Source of the DNA: Lama guanicoe
Lineage: Eukaryota
Reading direction: 5' to 3'
Length of the DNA: 64,000 nt
Assembly (NCBI GenBank): GCA_013239625.1
Contig: MU057151.1
Coordinates: 2,820,498-2,884,497, forward strand
The translations under genes and the position numbers were made by a program. A model generated the notes under the pieces. The model was not told the DNA's origin. It saw only the letters and a list, made by a program, of their open reading frames with translations, and did not search any database. Of this stretch, positions 1-11,636 are shown in pieces (the stretch's first letter is position 1; each line of letters starts with the position of its first letter).

Positions 1-49
1 TTAGACATGACCCTTTGAGCAAAAAGAGCTTTAAATACAAAAGAGCCAG

Positions 50-262
50 TATCTGTTGAGCACCTGCCATGAGCCAGGTGTTACATATGCATTAGCTTGT
101 TGAGTCCTCAAAACAACCCCATTTTGTAGATGAGGAAATTGAGCTTCACCTCAAGTTGGGTGAGTTCAGCGGGATTAAGCAACTTGCTGAAGGTCATAAA
201 AACAGGTAAGAGAGTTGACATCTGAACTTTGGGCTGCCTGCCTCTACAGGCCATTCTCTTTT
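50..262 (-). mobile_element. MIR SINE fragment
   Basis: Core-like 'ccccattttgtagatgaggaaattgag...ttaagcaacttgctgaaggtca' in reverse orientation; boundaries approximate. Confidence 0.8.
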
Positions 263-1267
263 CTAGAATGTGAGCAAATCAACTTCAGTGTATACACATG
301 CAGTCAGTTCCAAGGGATTTCCCCCCAATAATGCTTCTTCTCTCAGGGTTTAACTAGATGCTTTAGGTTGTAAGTATTGAGCAGGCTCTGCAACTAAGAT
401 ACACAGAACTCTTTTAGTGAAAGTATTGGCTTGTTTTTGTTCTCTTCTTCCTCCATTTTGATCTTGGTGATTCAGAGCTGCTGCCATTGAAAAACATCTG
501 TTTTATCTAAATTTAATAAGCCCTATTAGTGGGACACTAAGCCTTCCCTTATTCTGAAGCCTTTCCACAATTTGAAATTTAATCTACTGGAAGTCATAAC
601 AGCGTTACCAAAGTACTAGTTTTGGACATATCTAGGCTGGCGGGCCTGCTTCTGATTTTTAACTTTGCTTTTCCAACCTGAATGAATAAGCTCTCTCATA
701 CTCACCACAAGAGCCATGCAATTTTTTTCCTTCCCTCTTTGCATGGTAATGAAATCTATAAATTGAACTCTGTAAACTGCAAAACATATGGTGTCACGCT
801 AACTTACGTGCCACGTTAAGGTGGTGCGGCCTTACCCATGGGTTTACTGTCCCTTCTTAAACTCTTGTTAGTCCTAGATGGTGCAGGTCTGCTGGGAGCT
901 AGCATGCTGGTTCTCACTGTGTGGCCTGTCTAGGATTGTCTCAGATGTCGCTGACAGGGGACAAAGGTAATAAAGGGAAAGAAATCAGTCTTGAAGATGA
1001 GGTACAAAATCAATTTATCAACTTGGTCATGCTGAGGAAGAGAGAGTAAAGGAGTCCAGCCCTCTCTGTGGCCTCAACAGAGATGTTGTTCATCTTTCTT
1101 TTCCTCCTCTTCTTCACCTCCCCCACCTTCTGGATGTTTTCCTCTTTTCTTTCCTTATTCTAGTCTAGTAAGGTCAGGAAGAAAGAACTGTAAAAATGTT
1201 GCGAGGAAGAGGTGAAAGAAAAGAATGTGGGTGGGGGCAAGAGGAGAACATTAAGACAAAGGCAGAA

Positions 1268-1393
1268 GGGAGAGTATAGCTCAGTGGTAGAACGCGTGCT
1301 TAACATGCATGAGGTCCTGGGTTCAATCCCCAATCCCTCCATTAAAATAAATAAATAAACCTAATTACCTCCTGCAAAAAAAATTTTTAAAAA
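1268..1393 (+). mobile_element. Vic-1-like tRNA-Ala-derived SINE
   Basis: A box TAGCTCAGTGG, B box GGTTCAATCCC, tail 'aaacctaattacctcc', A-rich end; TSD aagacaaaggca (1253-1264) / aagtcaaaggca (1394-1405). Confidence 0.9.
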
Positions 1394-2371
1394 AAGTCAA
1401 AGGCACACAAAAGCTACCTCCAACAGAAAAGTGTAACACTCCAGAGTGCAAGGCAGCTGCCTTTGGATCAAGATGACCCATCCCCTTCCGTACTGGTTTT
1501 AATGTTCAGCTTCAGCCTTGGGGGAGTAGACCGGTGATCGTGACAGAGAAAGGTACCTGATCCACTGCCTGTTTCTTTCTAGGCTTTTAGGGTAATCTTG
1601 AAAAGCAGTGGGTGGGGGAAGCTGGGAAGAAAAGTTGAGTGCCTCACCCAGCAGCCTAGCTGCTTGTCCCACACTGGTTATAGAGTCAGTGTACTGTCCG
1701 ATGGCAGATTTCTCTACAATGAAGCGTAACTACACACAGGCTGTTAAGGCCTCCGTAACTTTCCTCGCATTCATTTAAACAGACCTGTCTTAAATTGTAT
1801 CACTATGTGATATCTTTGGGGGAAAGTTTCCTTTAAATCATTCATATCATCTTTGTTTTGTATGATTCTTACAGAATTTCCAAAGGGTCTTCACACCTCT
1901 TATCTTAACTGATGCTCCCAACAGCCCTATGAAGTTGACAAAGCTAATGCTACCTTAGATTAGAAACCAAAATAGGTGTCCCTCCAAGAACAAGGCCCCC
2001 TGTAGTCACAGAGTCACGAAATGTCAGAACTCCAAGCACTTAGAGACCATGTAGTCCACACCCTTCACCTGACATTTGGGGGAACTAGAGCAGAAAGTGA
2101 TGAGCCCAGAGACACAGCGACTGAGCGGTGGAGTCGGGACGCCTATGCTGTGTCTCCTGACTTCTCCTGTCCCCCAGCCACTCATCTTTCCATCATTCTT
2201 TCCCACATTTGTGGACCAACTCTGTCCTAATCCAGTAATACTCCAGAACGGACGTATGGAGTAAGAAGAAGAAAATGATCCCAGAGGCATGGGAGAATAG
2301 CTGGGGAAATAAAGCTTTGGGCTTCTCGGCAGAAAGGAACACTGTTGGGGTCCAGGTACTGGTCAGCATGC

Positions 2372-2379
2372 TGACGTCA
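2372..2379. promoter_or_regulatory. Full palindromic CRE motif TGACGTCA (function unproven)
   Basis: Exact 8-mer with intact CpG in a locally GC-richer stretch; motif match only. Confidence 0.25.
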
Positions 2380-3417
2380 CGCAGGATCTAGAAACAGAGC
2401 AGATAAGTGTGGGGGAGCAGCAGGGCACTAACCCGGTGAGGGTGGCAGCCACAGCCTGCACTGTTGCCCTCCCCGCATGTCCCATCCACTCCCTTCTCAT
2501 CTCTCTTTATTCTTACACACTCATGGTAGGTGTTGCTCTCTCCTTCTCGTGCTTTGCCCTTGCTCTTTTCTCCTTGCAGTCCAGGCCGTCCATTCTGGCC
2601 CATCATTTCTCCCTAGCTGCTGAGCTACATGGAAGGACCATTCAACAGAAAAGTTATACATTTCTAAAATAAGACATTTAATTCCCTTTTATCGAGCTCT
2701 TGCAACTAGAGAATCTGTCCCTGTTGTAAATGCCACGCTATGTTCTGGTTGTGTATATATAAATATGCCAAACTATAAGCTGGTCAGGGCAAGATAACCT
2801 CAACGCCCATTTCCAAGTAAACAGCACAACAGTGTGTGCCGATTCAGCACGGGAGAAATATGCGGTTCTTGATGTGGACTTCAGTCCAACCTACCTTCCA
2901 ATCTCTTAACCTGGAACACATTTTACTTTCTTCCTTTCAACAAATATGTTTAAAGTCAGCCTGATCAAGCAGAAAAGAGTATTTTAACTCTTCATCTCTT
3001 GTTTGGTTTATATCTTGATAAACCTAATTTTCAAAGGCAAAGAAAAATTTCACTTGTATAGTTCCCCATTCTATTACCATTAAAAATTACTTAATTCTCC
3101 CATTGAAAAAGTCCTACTTTGATTTTGTTTCCATGAGACAAGCACATGGGGTAACAGGATACGCTGGAAAAGCTTCACAATATGCTGCTGAAATAACAAT
3201 TGCTGATTCTGTACTACAGTACATATTAGGAAAACCACAATAGATACTAAAAGGAAACAGCATCATTTGGGGATGGAAAAAATGCAATGGATAAAAGCCC
3301 TGCAACTTAAACTACAGTCATGTGACAACAGCTCTGTCCCCCATAGCAGCAAAACTTGCCATGAATAAGGGGTGGTCCTAATGATTCCTGATGGAAGAGA
3401 ACATCTATGACCATGAA

Positions 3418-3468
3418 CTGATTAATTCAGCAAATATTTATTGAGCGCCTGCCATGTGCCAGGTACAC
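3418..3468 (-). mobile_element. L2 3' end fragment
   Basis: 'attcagcaaatatttattgagcgcctgccatgtgccagg' is the reverse complement of the typical L2 terminus. Confidence 0.7.
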
Positions 3469-3794
3469 GTCTACATCTCGGGGCATAGTCTGTTCAATTG
3501 CAGTCCCGTGGCATACCTCGCTTCATGGAAGTTTCACTATGGTCCGACTGGCATTTACATGAGCAACTCACAGCACCTAATGATAAGTACAAATCTCATA
3601 AAGTCCCATTTTAGAGATGTGAAAAAAGAGAGACAAAGAGAAAGACACTTAAACCCACAGGGTTTCCTACTTTGAACTTTACAGATCCTAGCCTATGTGT
3701 AGAAAATCCATCAGGCTAAGCAAAACCCCACAGAAACTCAAACTAAAAAACTAGGTTTTTGACTATTTATACCTATGGATGTGTTATATGTATA

Positions 3795-3903
3795 ACCTCA
3801 TTAGACCATCAGCTCCATAAGCACGGTGACCCTGCCCACGTTTGCTCACCACTGTATAGCCAGTGCCTAGCATTCAGTAGCTAGCAAGTTAAATATTGAA
3901 CAA
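3795..3903 (+). mobile_element. L2 3' end fragment
   Basis: 'tagaccatcagctccataag...ttgctcaccactgtatagccagtgcctagca'. Confidence 0.7.
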
Positions 3904-5329
3904 CTTAAAGAAATTTAGGAAGGTGGTCTCATACAGTCACCTATTTAATAAACATTTATTGGCAATGTAATAAACATTAAATGGCCCTATTGGTTATGCT
4001 TTATTAAACAGTCAATGTTTCCCCATACTCTAAATATCCTTTTATTCATCAACTTAAAAACTGTCCACTAAAGTATGTTTTCCTCTGTTTAGTGTCTATT
4101 AAATACTGTTCATTTAGAAGGTGGTAACTGGTATTTTGAGTCTTTAGTTAGATTACTGTGCATTCACAGTGCAGCAGTTTGGCAACATTTTTCTACCTAA
4201 AATGCATAAACTGCTATAAATACATAATAATCTACTTTCCTGATAGAGTTACAGAGTTGCTTTGATCTCACAGGTCTTTTCCTCCAGGAAAACACAGATG
4301 ATTTGCAACCTGGAGGAGCTCAATGGCCTCTTATGCATGTGGGGTGATTATTCCTACTATTCCGCTGTAGTTCAGAACATATAGGGACCCATATTACTTG
4401 TCTATTTTTATGCTTTTCACACCTTCTCATAAAGGGACATCTTACAAACTGGATGAATCACAAGTCAGCAAGGGCAGGCATAGAAAAAAGAAGCAAAAAA
4501 TAACAGTCTCTCTAAATGAACATGGGTCTAAAAGAAATCAGATGTCAGTTCACAAATCAAAAAATCCTGAAAAAAAAGAGTCCTCTGCCTATTCTCCCAG
4601 TTCTCTGGGAGATTTCAGGTAAGCGTCCAAGGGAGAAAGGGGACTGGTTGGAAATCAGCCCTCGGAGGCAATGAGAATGATCTGGCAGGGAGGAGAAGAG
4701 CTGAAGGAGGAGAAGATGGGTGGACCTCTGGTGCCCCTCTGGTGGGGCTGTCAGAATGGTCATCAACCAAGACGTCCTGACAACTCACCAGGCTGATGAG
4801 GGTTAAAGTATTAGTATGCACCAGCACACATTCCCTCAGTCACATTAGACTTCACATTCCCAGGTCTGGCTTGCCTTTTACAAAAAATAATACTGGTTTA
4901 GAATGCTGCTCAGAGTCTACCCCACAAATCTGAGAGACCAGGTTGTAGCACCTCATTTTCCTTTGCTACTTGCCATGGCCTCTCCGTCCCCCATGTAACT
5001 AAAAGCCACTTCTTAGACTTTGGTCAACAACATTAAGGAAATGGGGAGAATATTTTCTGCGGACTTAACTTTCCTGGAAATAATTATCAGTGATGGAAAA
5101 CAAACTCTTCGTAACAGAATAAAACGTCATTAATTTGAGCTCCACTAATTCAAAATCTGTGCTAATTCAAACAGACCTAGGCTGACTGGAAAAGAAGGGT
5201 CTGCTCCGCTAAGCAAATCAACTTTGTAATTAAGGTTGGAAGAGAAGTACAGGACTTGCGGAAAGAGAAACTATTTCCAGAACTTTAGAATTAACCATCT
5301 ATGTGCACTGTAACATCATAATTAACAAT

Positions 5330-5348
5330 TGTGTGTGTGTGTGTGTGT
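5330..5348. repeat. (TG)n microsatellite
   Basis: Seen directly. Confidence 0.9.
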
Positions 5349-6203
5349 ATGAAAAAGCAGCACTCTGGAAGACTTCTCCTTGATACCCCTCAGCCCATTC
5401 TGAGTTATCTATATATATCACTGAAACAAGCAAAACTATTTTTAAAAGAAATACTGCATTCATTCTTGATTGATCATACTGGACTTCCTGCAATTATTTT
5501 GAATTTGGGAGTGTGGACTTCCACTTTGGGGTTGCTAGGCTACTCGCCTACAGTCCTGGTCACACTCAGACCTCTGAGTACAAGTCTTGTGGGAGATCAT
5601 TAATAACTGAGTCAGAAATATAGTCCAAGCTTCCTGACTTCAATCACTTACTGTCTGACCTAAAGAAGTCACAAGCTTTTCATCCTTGGGGTTACATCTA
5701 GCTGTAAAATAGAGGGAGAAAGAACAAAACAAGAGAAGGCTTATATCCCTTAGATTAGAGACCTACACACCAAACAACAACAACAGCAAAAAAATCAAAG
5801 GCAAAGCAACAAAGTCCTTGGGAAACCGAAACAGTGAGTCATTATGAAACAAATATCAAATGAAAGCCCAACAAAGTAGCATCAGTGTGCAAAGGCAGCA
5901 TTCCTGAGGCTGTTACTCCTCACACCTTCATGCTGCGTCACTTCACTAGCACCGGGAGCTCTTCCAGCCCCCTTGTGAGCATGTCTCACTGCCTGGGAGG
6001 CCTAGTTGCCTTGTCACAAGTTTAGGTCTGACCACTCTGATTATATTGTCAGCTCCTGGATTCATGCCAGCTTCCCTTAAGCGTAAGACATGCAGAACTA
6101 GCACCTCATGGATGGTACTCTACTAATTTTGCTTGGTTTGAGGTGATAAGACTCCCTCTTTTCATATACAGAATAATAAACCAGAGCAATAAGATTTTCT
6201 TTT

Positions 6204-6298
6204 CTTTCTTTTTTTTTTTAATGGAGGTACTGGGGATTGAACCCAAGACCTTGTGTATGCTAAGCATGCACTCTACCACTGAGCTATACCCTCCCCCC
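6204..6298 (-). mobile_element. Vic-1-like SINE (short-tail form)
   Basis: Reverse complement reads ggggagggtatagctcagtggtagagtgcatgcttagcat...ggttcaatccccagtacctcc-polyA; perfect 13-bp TSD aagattttctttt at 6191-6203 and 6299-6311. Confidence 0.92.
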
Positions 6299-6365
6299 AA
6301 GATTTTCTTTTAAATGGCTCCCAAATTTCTAGTTTCTATTGAAACCTTGAAAATACCAGAACCTG

Positions 6366-6550
6366 GGGGGAAGGGTATAGCTCAAAGTGGTAGAGCGCAT
6401 GCTTAGCATGCATGAGGTCCTGGGTTCAATCCCCAGGACCTCCTCTAAAAAAAAAAAGTAAATAAACAAATAAACCTAATTGCCTCCCTCCCCCCGGAAA
6501 AATAAAAGTTCTTACAAAAATAAAAAATCTTTCTATAAAAGAAAAGAAAA
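6366..6550 (+). mobile_element. Vic-1-like SINE (long-tail form)
   Basis: tRNA-Ala head with AGC loop (tgcttagcatgca), B box, 'aaacctaattgcctccc' tail; TSD gaaaatacca(g/a)aacctg starting at 6349 and 6551. Confidence 0.92.
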
Positions 6551-7699
6551 GAAAATACCAAAACCTGGGTTTTCTTAAGAAATGGGTTTACTTAAGAAAA
6601 TGTGAGACACTAAAATTGATAGGTGTCCCACGAGAATACTGAATGAAATAATCATAGGTCAATGTTCCGACAAAAGTGAAGTGCTAGCCAGTACATTTTA
6701 TAGGGAAAACAAGTCTTTAAAATGGTTTTGGGCAGGAAAGTCCAGACTCTCTTTTAAAACATAGGTCTCTTCTTCTACTGTGTTGATCATCTGTGTCATC
6801 TCTGTATCATCAGTGTTCACTTGAGAGGAACAAGACGGTGCACAGTCTCAAAATCATCTACAACTGGGCACCATAGCTTGCGACTCTTTTTAAATGAGAA
6901 TTTTACTTTTTACATTATGCCTGGCCTAGGCAAATATTGAAGGTGGTCAGCAAACGCAAGACACAAGTCAACTGCTGGGCAGAGCGAGGTCGCTCAGAGT
7001 CGTTCCAGTGTGGGAGGGTTTCTCCACGGAAGATCATGAAAGGCCTAATCCATACCCAGCTAAAACTAAGCGCTGATGATTAATTTTCTAAATAAATATT
7101 AAGAAACAAATGTAGTCCCTAATACAGATTGGACACTTGTCTAAAGTTGTTTCACTACTTAATGTTAGACTATTACAACACGTTAACATCAAAATAAATG
7201 TTTGTAATCTTTCATTTGAAAACAGTTCTTTTAACAGTGCGTACCAACAGCAACCACCCTGTCATTTTCACCAAATTTCAGGGCTTCTCTCCCTTTTGGA
7301 AAATACAAGTTGATATTTGTACCTAAGGAACCATCTAAATCACCTTGTGGGACTGGTTATTCATTTGCACTGCACTATACGAACACTGCTCAAAACTCAG
7401 TAACCTTGGCTGATACCTGGAAATGTTGCTGTCTTTGTTAATGGAAATTACTGCAATAGGGGCTGGATTCGTTGACTCCAGGAAACTGCTCCCACAGGCA
7501 GCTTTGAGAGTCTAGGCCAGTCAAGGAAGCCGAAGTGTCACAGGGCACTCCTACACACACAGCAGAGGACCCCTTGGATGGAGTTACACCAGTCTAAGAG
7601 TTTCAGAATTAGGACATCAGTAAGCTACACCAGAAAAACAATTCTTCTAAATTGGAATCATATTCACAAAACATCTGGAAAGTTCCCCAAAGGAGAAAA

Positions 7700-7900
7700 G
7701 ATTACCCAAAAGTATTGCTAAATAGATGGAAGAGAAGATGCTGACTTTTATCATAATACAAAATTCAGTCAGTTTCCATTGTCCTAGACAAATCAACAGA
7801 TGTGCTGTTTACCTTTAAGGAAGCCTGGAATCTATTTTAATTCAGCCTTGAAACCCAGACATTCTTAGGTAATAAGTACAGATATTTCAATTCCATAACA
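7700..7900 (+). mobile_element. Possible decayed hAT/Charlie transposase remnant
   Basis: 7775-7804 translates SIVLDKSTDV, resembling the hAT catalytic-region motif SLxLDESTDV; LETQT and a frameshifted DIFNSI-like stretch follow. Confidence 0.4.
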
Positions 7901-8204
7901 ACCACCCAGTGTTTACAAACATTTCTTTCTTTATATATTTCTCATCCACAAAATGTATATTTGGTTAGAAAAAGAATTTTGAGGGTTCAGCTGTACTTCA
8001 GCAAATGTTACAACATCAATGTTTCTTCAAGCAAGTGTAGCCTATAAAAATTATCTTTTCTTTTCTAAGCTTTGCTTTATGGTATGAGCTAAAAGAAAAT
8101 AATGATATCAAGGGTCTTGTTCCTCTATTTTCTTTACTATGTCTTTACATAAAATAATGTATTAAATAATAATACTATCTAATAGAATAATGTTTTTTTT
8201 AAAG

Positions 8205-8805
8205 TGAGGGAGATTAAGAAGTAAAAACTTCCAGCTGCAAAATAAATGAGTCACAAGAATGAAATGTACAGTGTGGGCCATATAGTCAATAATTATGTAA
8301 TATTTTTATCTGGTGACAGACAGTAACTAGACTTATCATGGTGATAATTTTGAAATGTAGGGAAATATCAAATCACTATGTTGTGCAACAGGAACTAACA
8401 TACTGTTGTAGGATAACTGTACTTCAAAAACAAACTCAGAGAAAAGGACATGGGATTCGCGGTCACCAGAGAGGAGTGGTGGGGAATTGAATGAAGGCTG
8501 TCAAAAGGCACAAACTTCCAGTTATAAGATAAATAAGTACTAGGGATGTAATGTACAACATGATAAAGATAATTAATACTGCTGTATGTTATATATGGAA
8601 GTTGTGAAGAGAGTAAATCCGAAGTGTTCTCATCACAAGGAAAAAAAAATTTTTTTCTTTTGAATCTATATGAGATGATGGATGGTCACTAACCTTATGG
8701 TGGTGATCATTTCATGATGTAAGTCAAATCATGATGCTCTATATCTTAAACTTACATAGTTTGTCAATTATATATCAATTATATCTCAATAAAACTGGAA
8801 GGAAA
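8205..8805 (+). mobile_element. L1 3' end (L1MA9-like), two-segment 3' UTR
   Basis: 'aaacttccagttataagataaataagtactagggatgtaatgtacaacatg...caattatatctcaataaaactgg', preceded by a related segment ending 'tacttcaaaaa'. Confidence 0.85.
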
Positions 8806-8994
8806 AGAAGTGAAATAAAGCAATAATATAATACTATTTAAATAGTATGCTTCACTCATACTACCATACCCTGAAAAGAAACACATTTCAATCAATTTTT
8901 AATTTAAAAAATCTTCAACGCTCAAGTTCAAAAAAACAGATAATCTGATTGAAGCCAAAATTACTCTGACATTAAAAATGACTCTTCTACAAGC

Positions 8995-9364
8995 AATGTG
9001 TCAAACGTGTACCTCTTCCTGAGTTGCCTATCACTTGTAATTGGGCCATCTTCCCACCACATAAGAAGGAAACTTTGGAGCCACCATCAACTCTTCCCTT
9101 TACCACACTCCCTACATACGGTCTCATCTTGTTCTGTTATTGCCACATCTCTGTTATATGTCTCTTTACATCTTTCCTGCTGCTAATCTAATTCAGGCCT
9201 GTAGCATCTCTCATTTGAAATATTTAAAAATTAGCCTCTGCACTGTTCCGTCTCTCATCTCTATCCTTTCCATTTCATCCTATATACAAGCAGCTGGAGT
9301 CCTCCCTAATGACCTTCTTACTCTGCTCAGAGTCTTTCAACGGCAATTCAATGCCTTCAGGAAA

Positions 9365-9403
<39 letters not shown>

Positions 9404-9870
9404 AACAGCCGCAGTCTATCATTTTCTCTCCCACTGTCCTCACTAAAGCTTGAGCCACACAGGGTTACTTACAATTCTCCTGCAAAGAACATACACTGTT
9501 CTGCCTCTTTGCATTTGGCTCAGGAAGCTTTCTGGACACATAATGCATACCTTCTCCACATTCTCACTTTTGAATGTTGAAATTGTGTCTTAAATGTCCA
9601 CAGAGGTTCCGCTTAAATGTCATTTCTTCTGTAAAACCTTCTCCAGTCCATCCAACCAGAGTTAATTCCTCTTACTTCCAGTAGTGTTGTTTATACATCT
9701 AAACAGCACTTATTCCTCATACTTCTTCTCTGTGCATGTCACTCTCTCTTACAAGACTATACACTCATGGAGGATGGATATCATGTACTGTTCATCTTCA
9801 TAGCCCCACAGTACCTAGTACAGGACCGTGCTGACTTAAGCGCTCAATAAATGTGGAAGTGAACTGAATA
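8995..9870 (+). mobile_element. Degraded L2 LINE 3' portion
   Basis: C/T-rich L2-like body ending 'cagtacctagtacagg...gcgctcaataaatgtggaagtgaactgaat'. Confidence 0.7.
9366..9403. repeat. (CAA)n microsatellite, about 12 units
   Basis: Seen directly; source of the polyQ in ORF 9140-9580. Confidence 0.95.
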
Positions 9871-10324
9871 AACCTTCCTTCAGCCTGATGTAATTGAGAA
9901 GCAAGACTGTCAGGATTCATAATAAATTCTATCTTTAACTACAGCTGTGCTGTTATAATCGCTGCTTATTTAGAGAAAATACTGAATGCATCTTTCAATC
10001 AAGCTTTGAAACTATAGTAACTATTCTAAGTTTGAATTACTGTATTAAGAAAATAAGTAGAACAGCAAGAACACTGAAATCTGTAGTAAAGTAATGCCAA
10101 TGAAGAAAGACCTTTTACTGTAGATTCAGCTGTACAAGTTCAACCAGTAAACCACAATGGCAGTCTTTTTTTTAAATCCTAGAATATAAAAAAGGGCAAT
10201 ATTAAGCATATTAATGAAAACTAGCTAGGAGACACTGGGTAGAGCCTTGATTCTTAATCAGTAACTGCTCCTGGCTGCAGCTGGATTTGGATCTTCTCCC
10301 ACTGAAGGGCTGAGTAGATTTGAT

Positions 10325-10504
10325 NNNNNNNNNNNNNNNNNNNNNNNNNNNNNNNNNNNNNNNNNNNNNNNNNNNNNNNNNNNNNNNNNNNNNNNNNNNN
10401 NNNNNNNNNNNNNNNNNNNNNNNNNNNNNNNNNNNNNNNNNNNNNNNNNNNNNNNNNNNNNNNNNNNNNNNNNNNNNNNNNNNNNNNNNNNNNNNNNNNN
10501 NNNN
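10325..10504. other. N-run, 180 nt, content unknown
   Basis: Seen directly; unique-looking flanks with no obvious splice site at either edge. Confidence 0.95.
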
Positions 10505-11052
10505 GACTTCTTTTTTCCCCCACTGCATTCTATCTAATCCCCAAACTGTTTATTCTTTACACAGACAAGTATTATGTAGTATTTACTGCAGAGGGAATGA
10601 CAAGGAAAGTCAGAATAGAGTGGGATCCATTCTTGAGCGAATATTCCCACAGTTGATGATTACAGACAGGAGCCCTTAGAGGCCACATCTGTCAAGAGGA
10701 CTTTTCTGAACTTGCTAAATGCAATGATCAAAATGTTGTCACAATCCCTAGCCCAAATCTTATTCATTGGGAAAAGAAGTGAGGTCCTGTTTTGTTTGTT
10801 GAATTCAAGTTTTATTTCTGTGTCAACACAGCCTTTCTATGTGGTTTCATTCATTAACAGAATCGAGCACCATTAACTTAGATATTAATAAATGGCACAA
10901 TGTGAAGACATGACCTCAGCTTAAACTTTAATTCCCCCGAAGGTATCCAGTCATCACAGAAAGATCAATTCTGACCTTTTTAAGACTAGGAACTACAAGT
11001 AAAACTTCACAGAAATGGCCATCTCTGAGGCCATTTCTTATGAGGATGAAGA

Positions 11053-11104
11053 ATATANNNNNNNNNNNNNNNNNNNNNNNNNNNNNATATATATATATAT
11101 ATAT
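11053..11104. repeat. (TA)n microsatellite, partly N (11058-11086)
   Basis: TA repeats on both sides of a 29-nt N-run. Confidence 0.85.
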
Positions 11105-11476
11105 GGACAGTAGTGTCACTGTGAATAAAATGTCCCCCATGAACAGATTCTAAGCAGCTTCATGGTACCAAATGCTTCTAATTTGCAACTGTACACTACA
11201 GGTAATATATAAGATGTTAACTATCACCTCCATTTCCTTTCTTCAGGCCTATTTCTGTTTCTCATTTATCTCATTTATAGAATTAGTATATATAGGTTTT
11301 TCCATGGGAGCACATTTTAAACTTTGATTTCAATTGTTTCATTTTATAATAGCAAACTTAGCAGCTACAACTAGGATATCGAAATATCTTGTCTACCTAA
11401 AAAGCCTCCTATAAGAATTGTGTTCACGTCCTTTATTAAATGACAACTGATGCAACTATAAAGCAAATAATGAAGC

Positions 11477-11636
11477 AGGGACGGTATAGCTCAAGTGGTA
11501 GAGCTGCATGCTTAGCATGCTTGAGGTTTTGGGTTCAATCCCCAGCACCTCCTCCAAAAATTAAAACCTAATTACCTCCCCCCAACCAAAATAAAATAAT
11601 TAAATAATACAAAAATAAATAAAATATTTAAAAAAA
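11477..11636 (+). mobile_element. Vic-1-like SINE
   Basis: tRNA head, B box GGTTCAATCCC, 'aaacctaattacctccccc' tail; perfect 14-bp TSD aaagcaaataatga at 11460-11473 and 11637-11650. Confidence 0.92.

Noticed and set aside
1268-1340. tRNA-Ala gene (also at 6225, 6366, 11477, 48490)
   Set aside because: Acceptor stems are imperfect, and each copy has an A-rich tail and TSDs, so these are SINEs rather than tRNA genes.
4601-4618. Plus-strand 18-nt microexon (ctcccag|...|gtaagc)
   Set aside because: Opposite to the inferred gene strand, with no other support; such motifs arise by chance in 64 kb.
4727-4745. CTCF site (ccaccagaggggcac on the minus strand)
   Set aside because: An extra G displaces the conserved GGC core.
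9140-9580. 146-aa ORF with polyQ
   Set aside because: Lies within decayed L2 sequence; the polyQ is a (CAA)n microsatellite and there is no recognisable protein.
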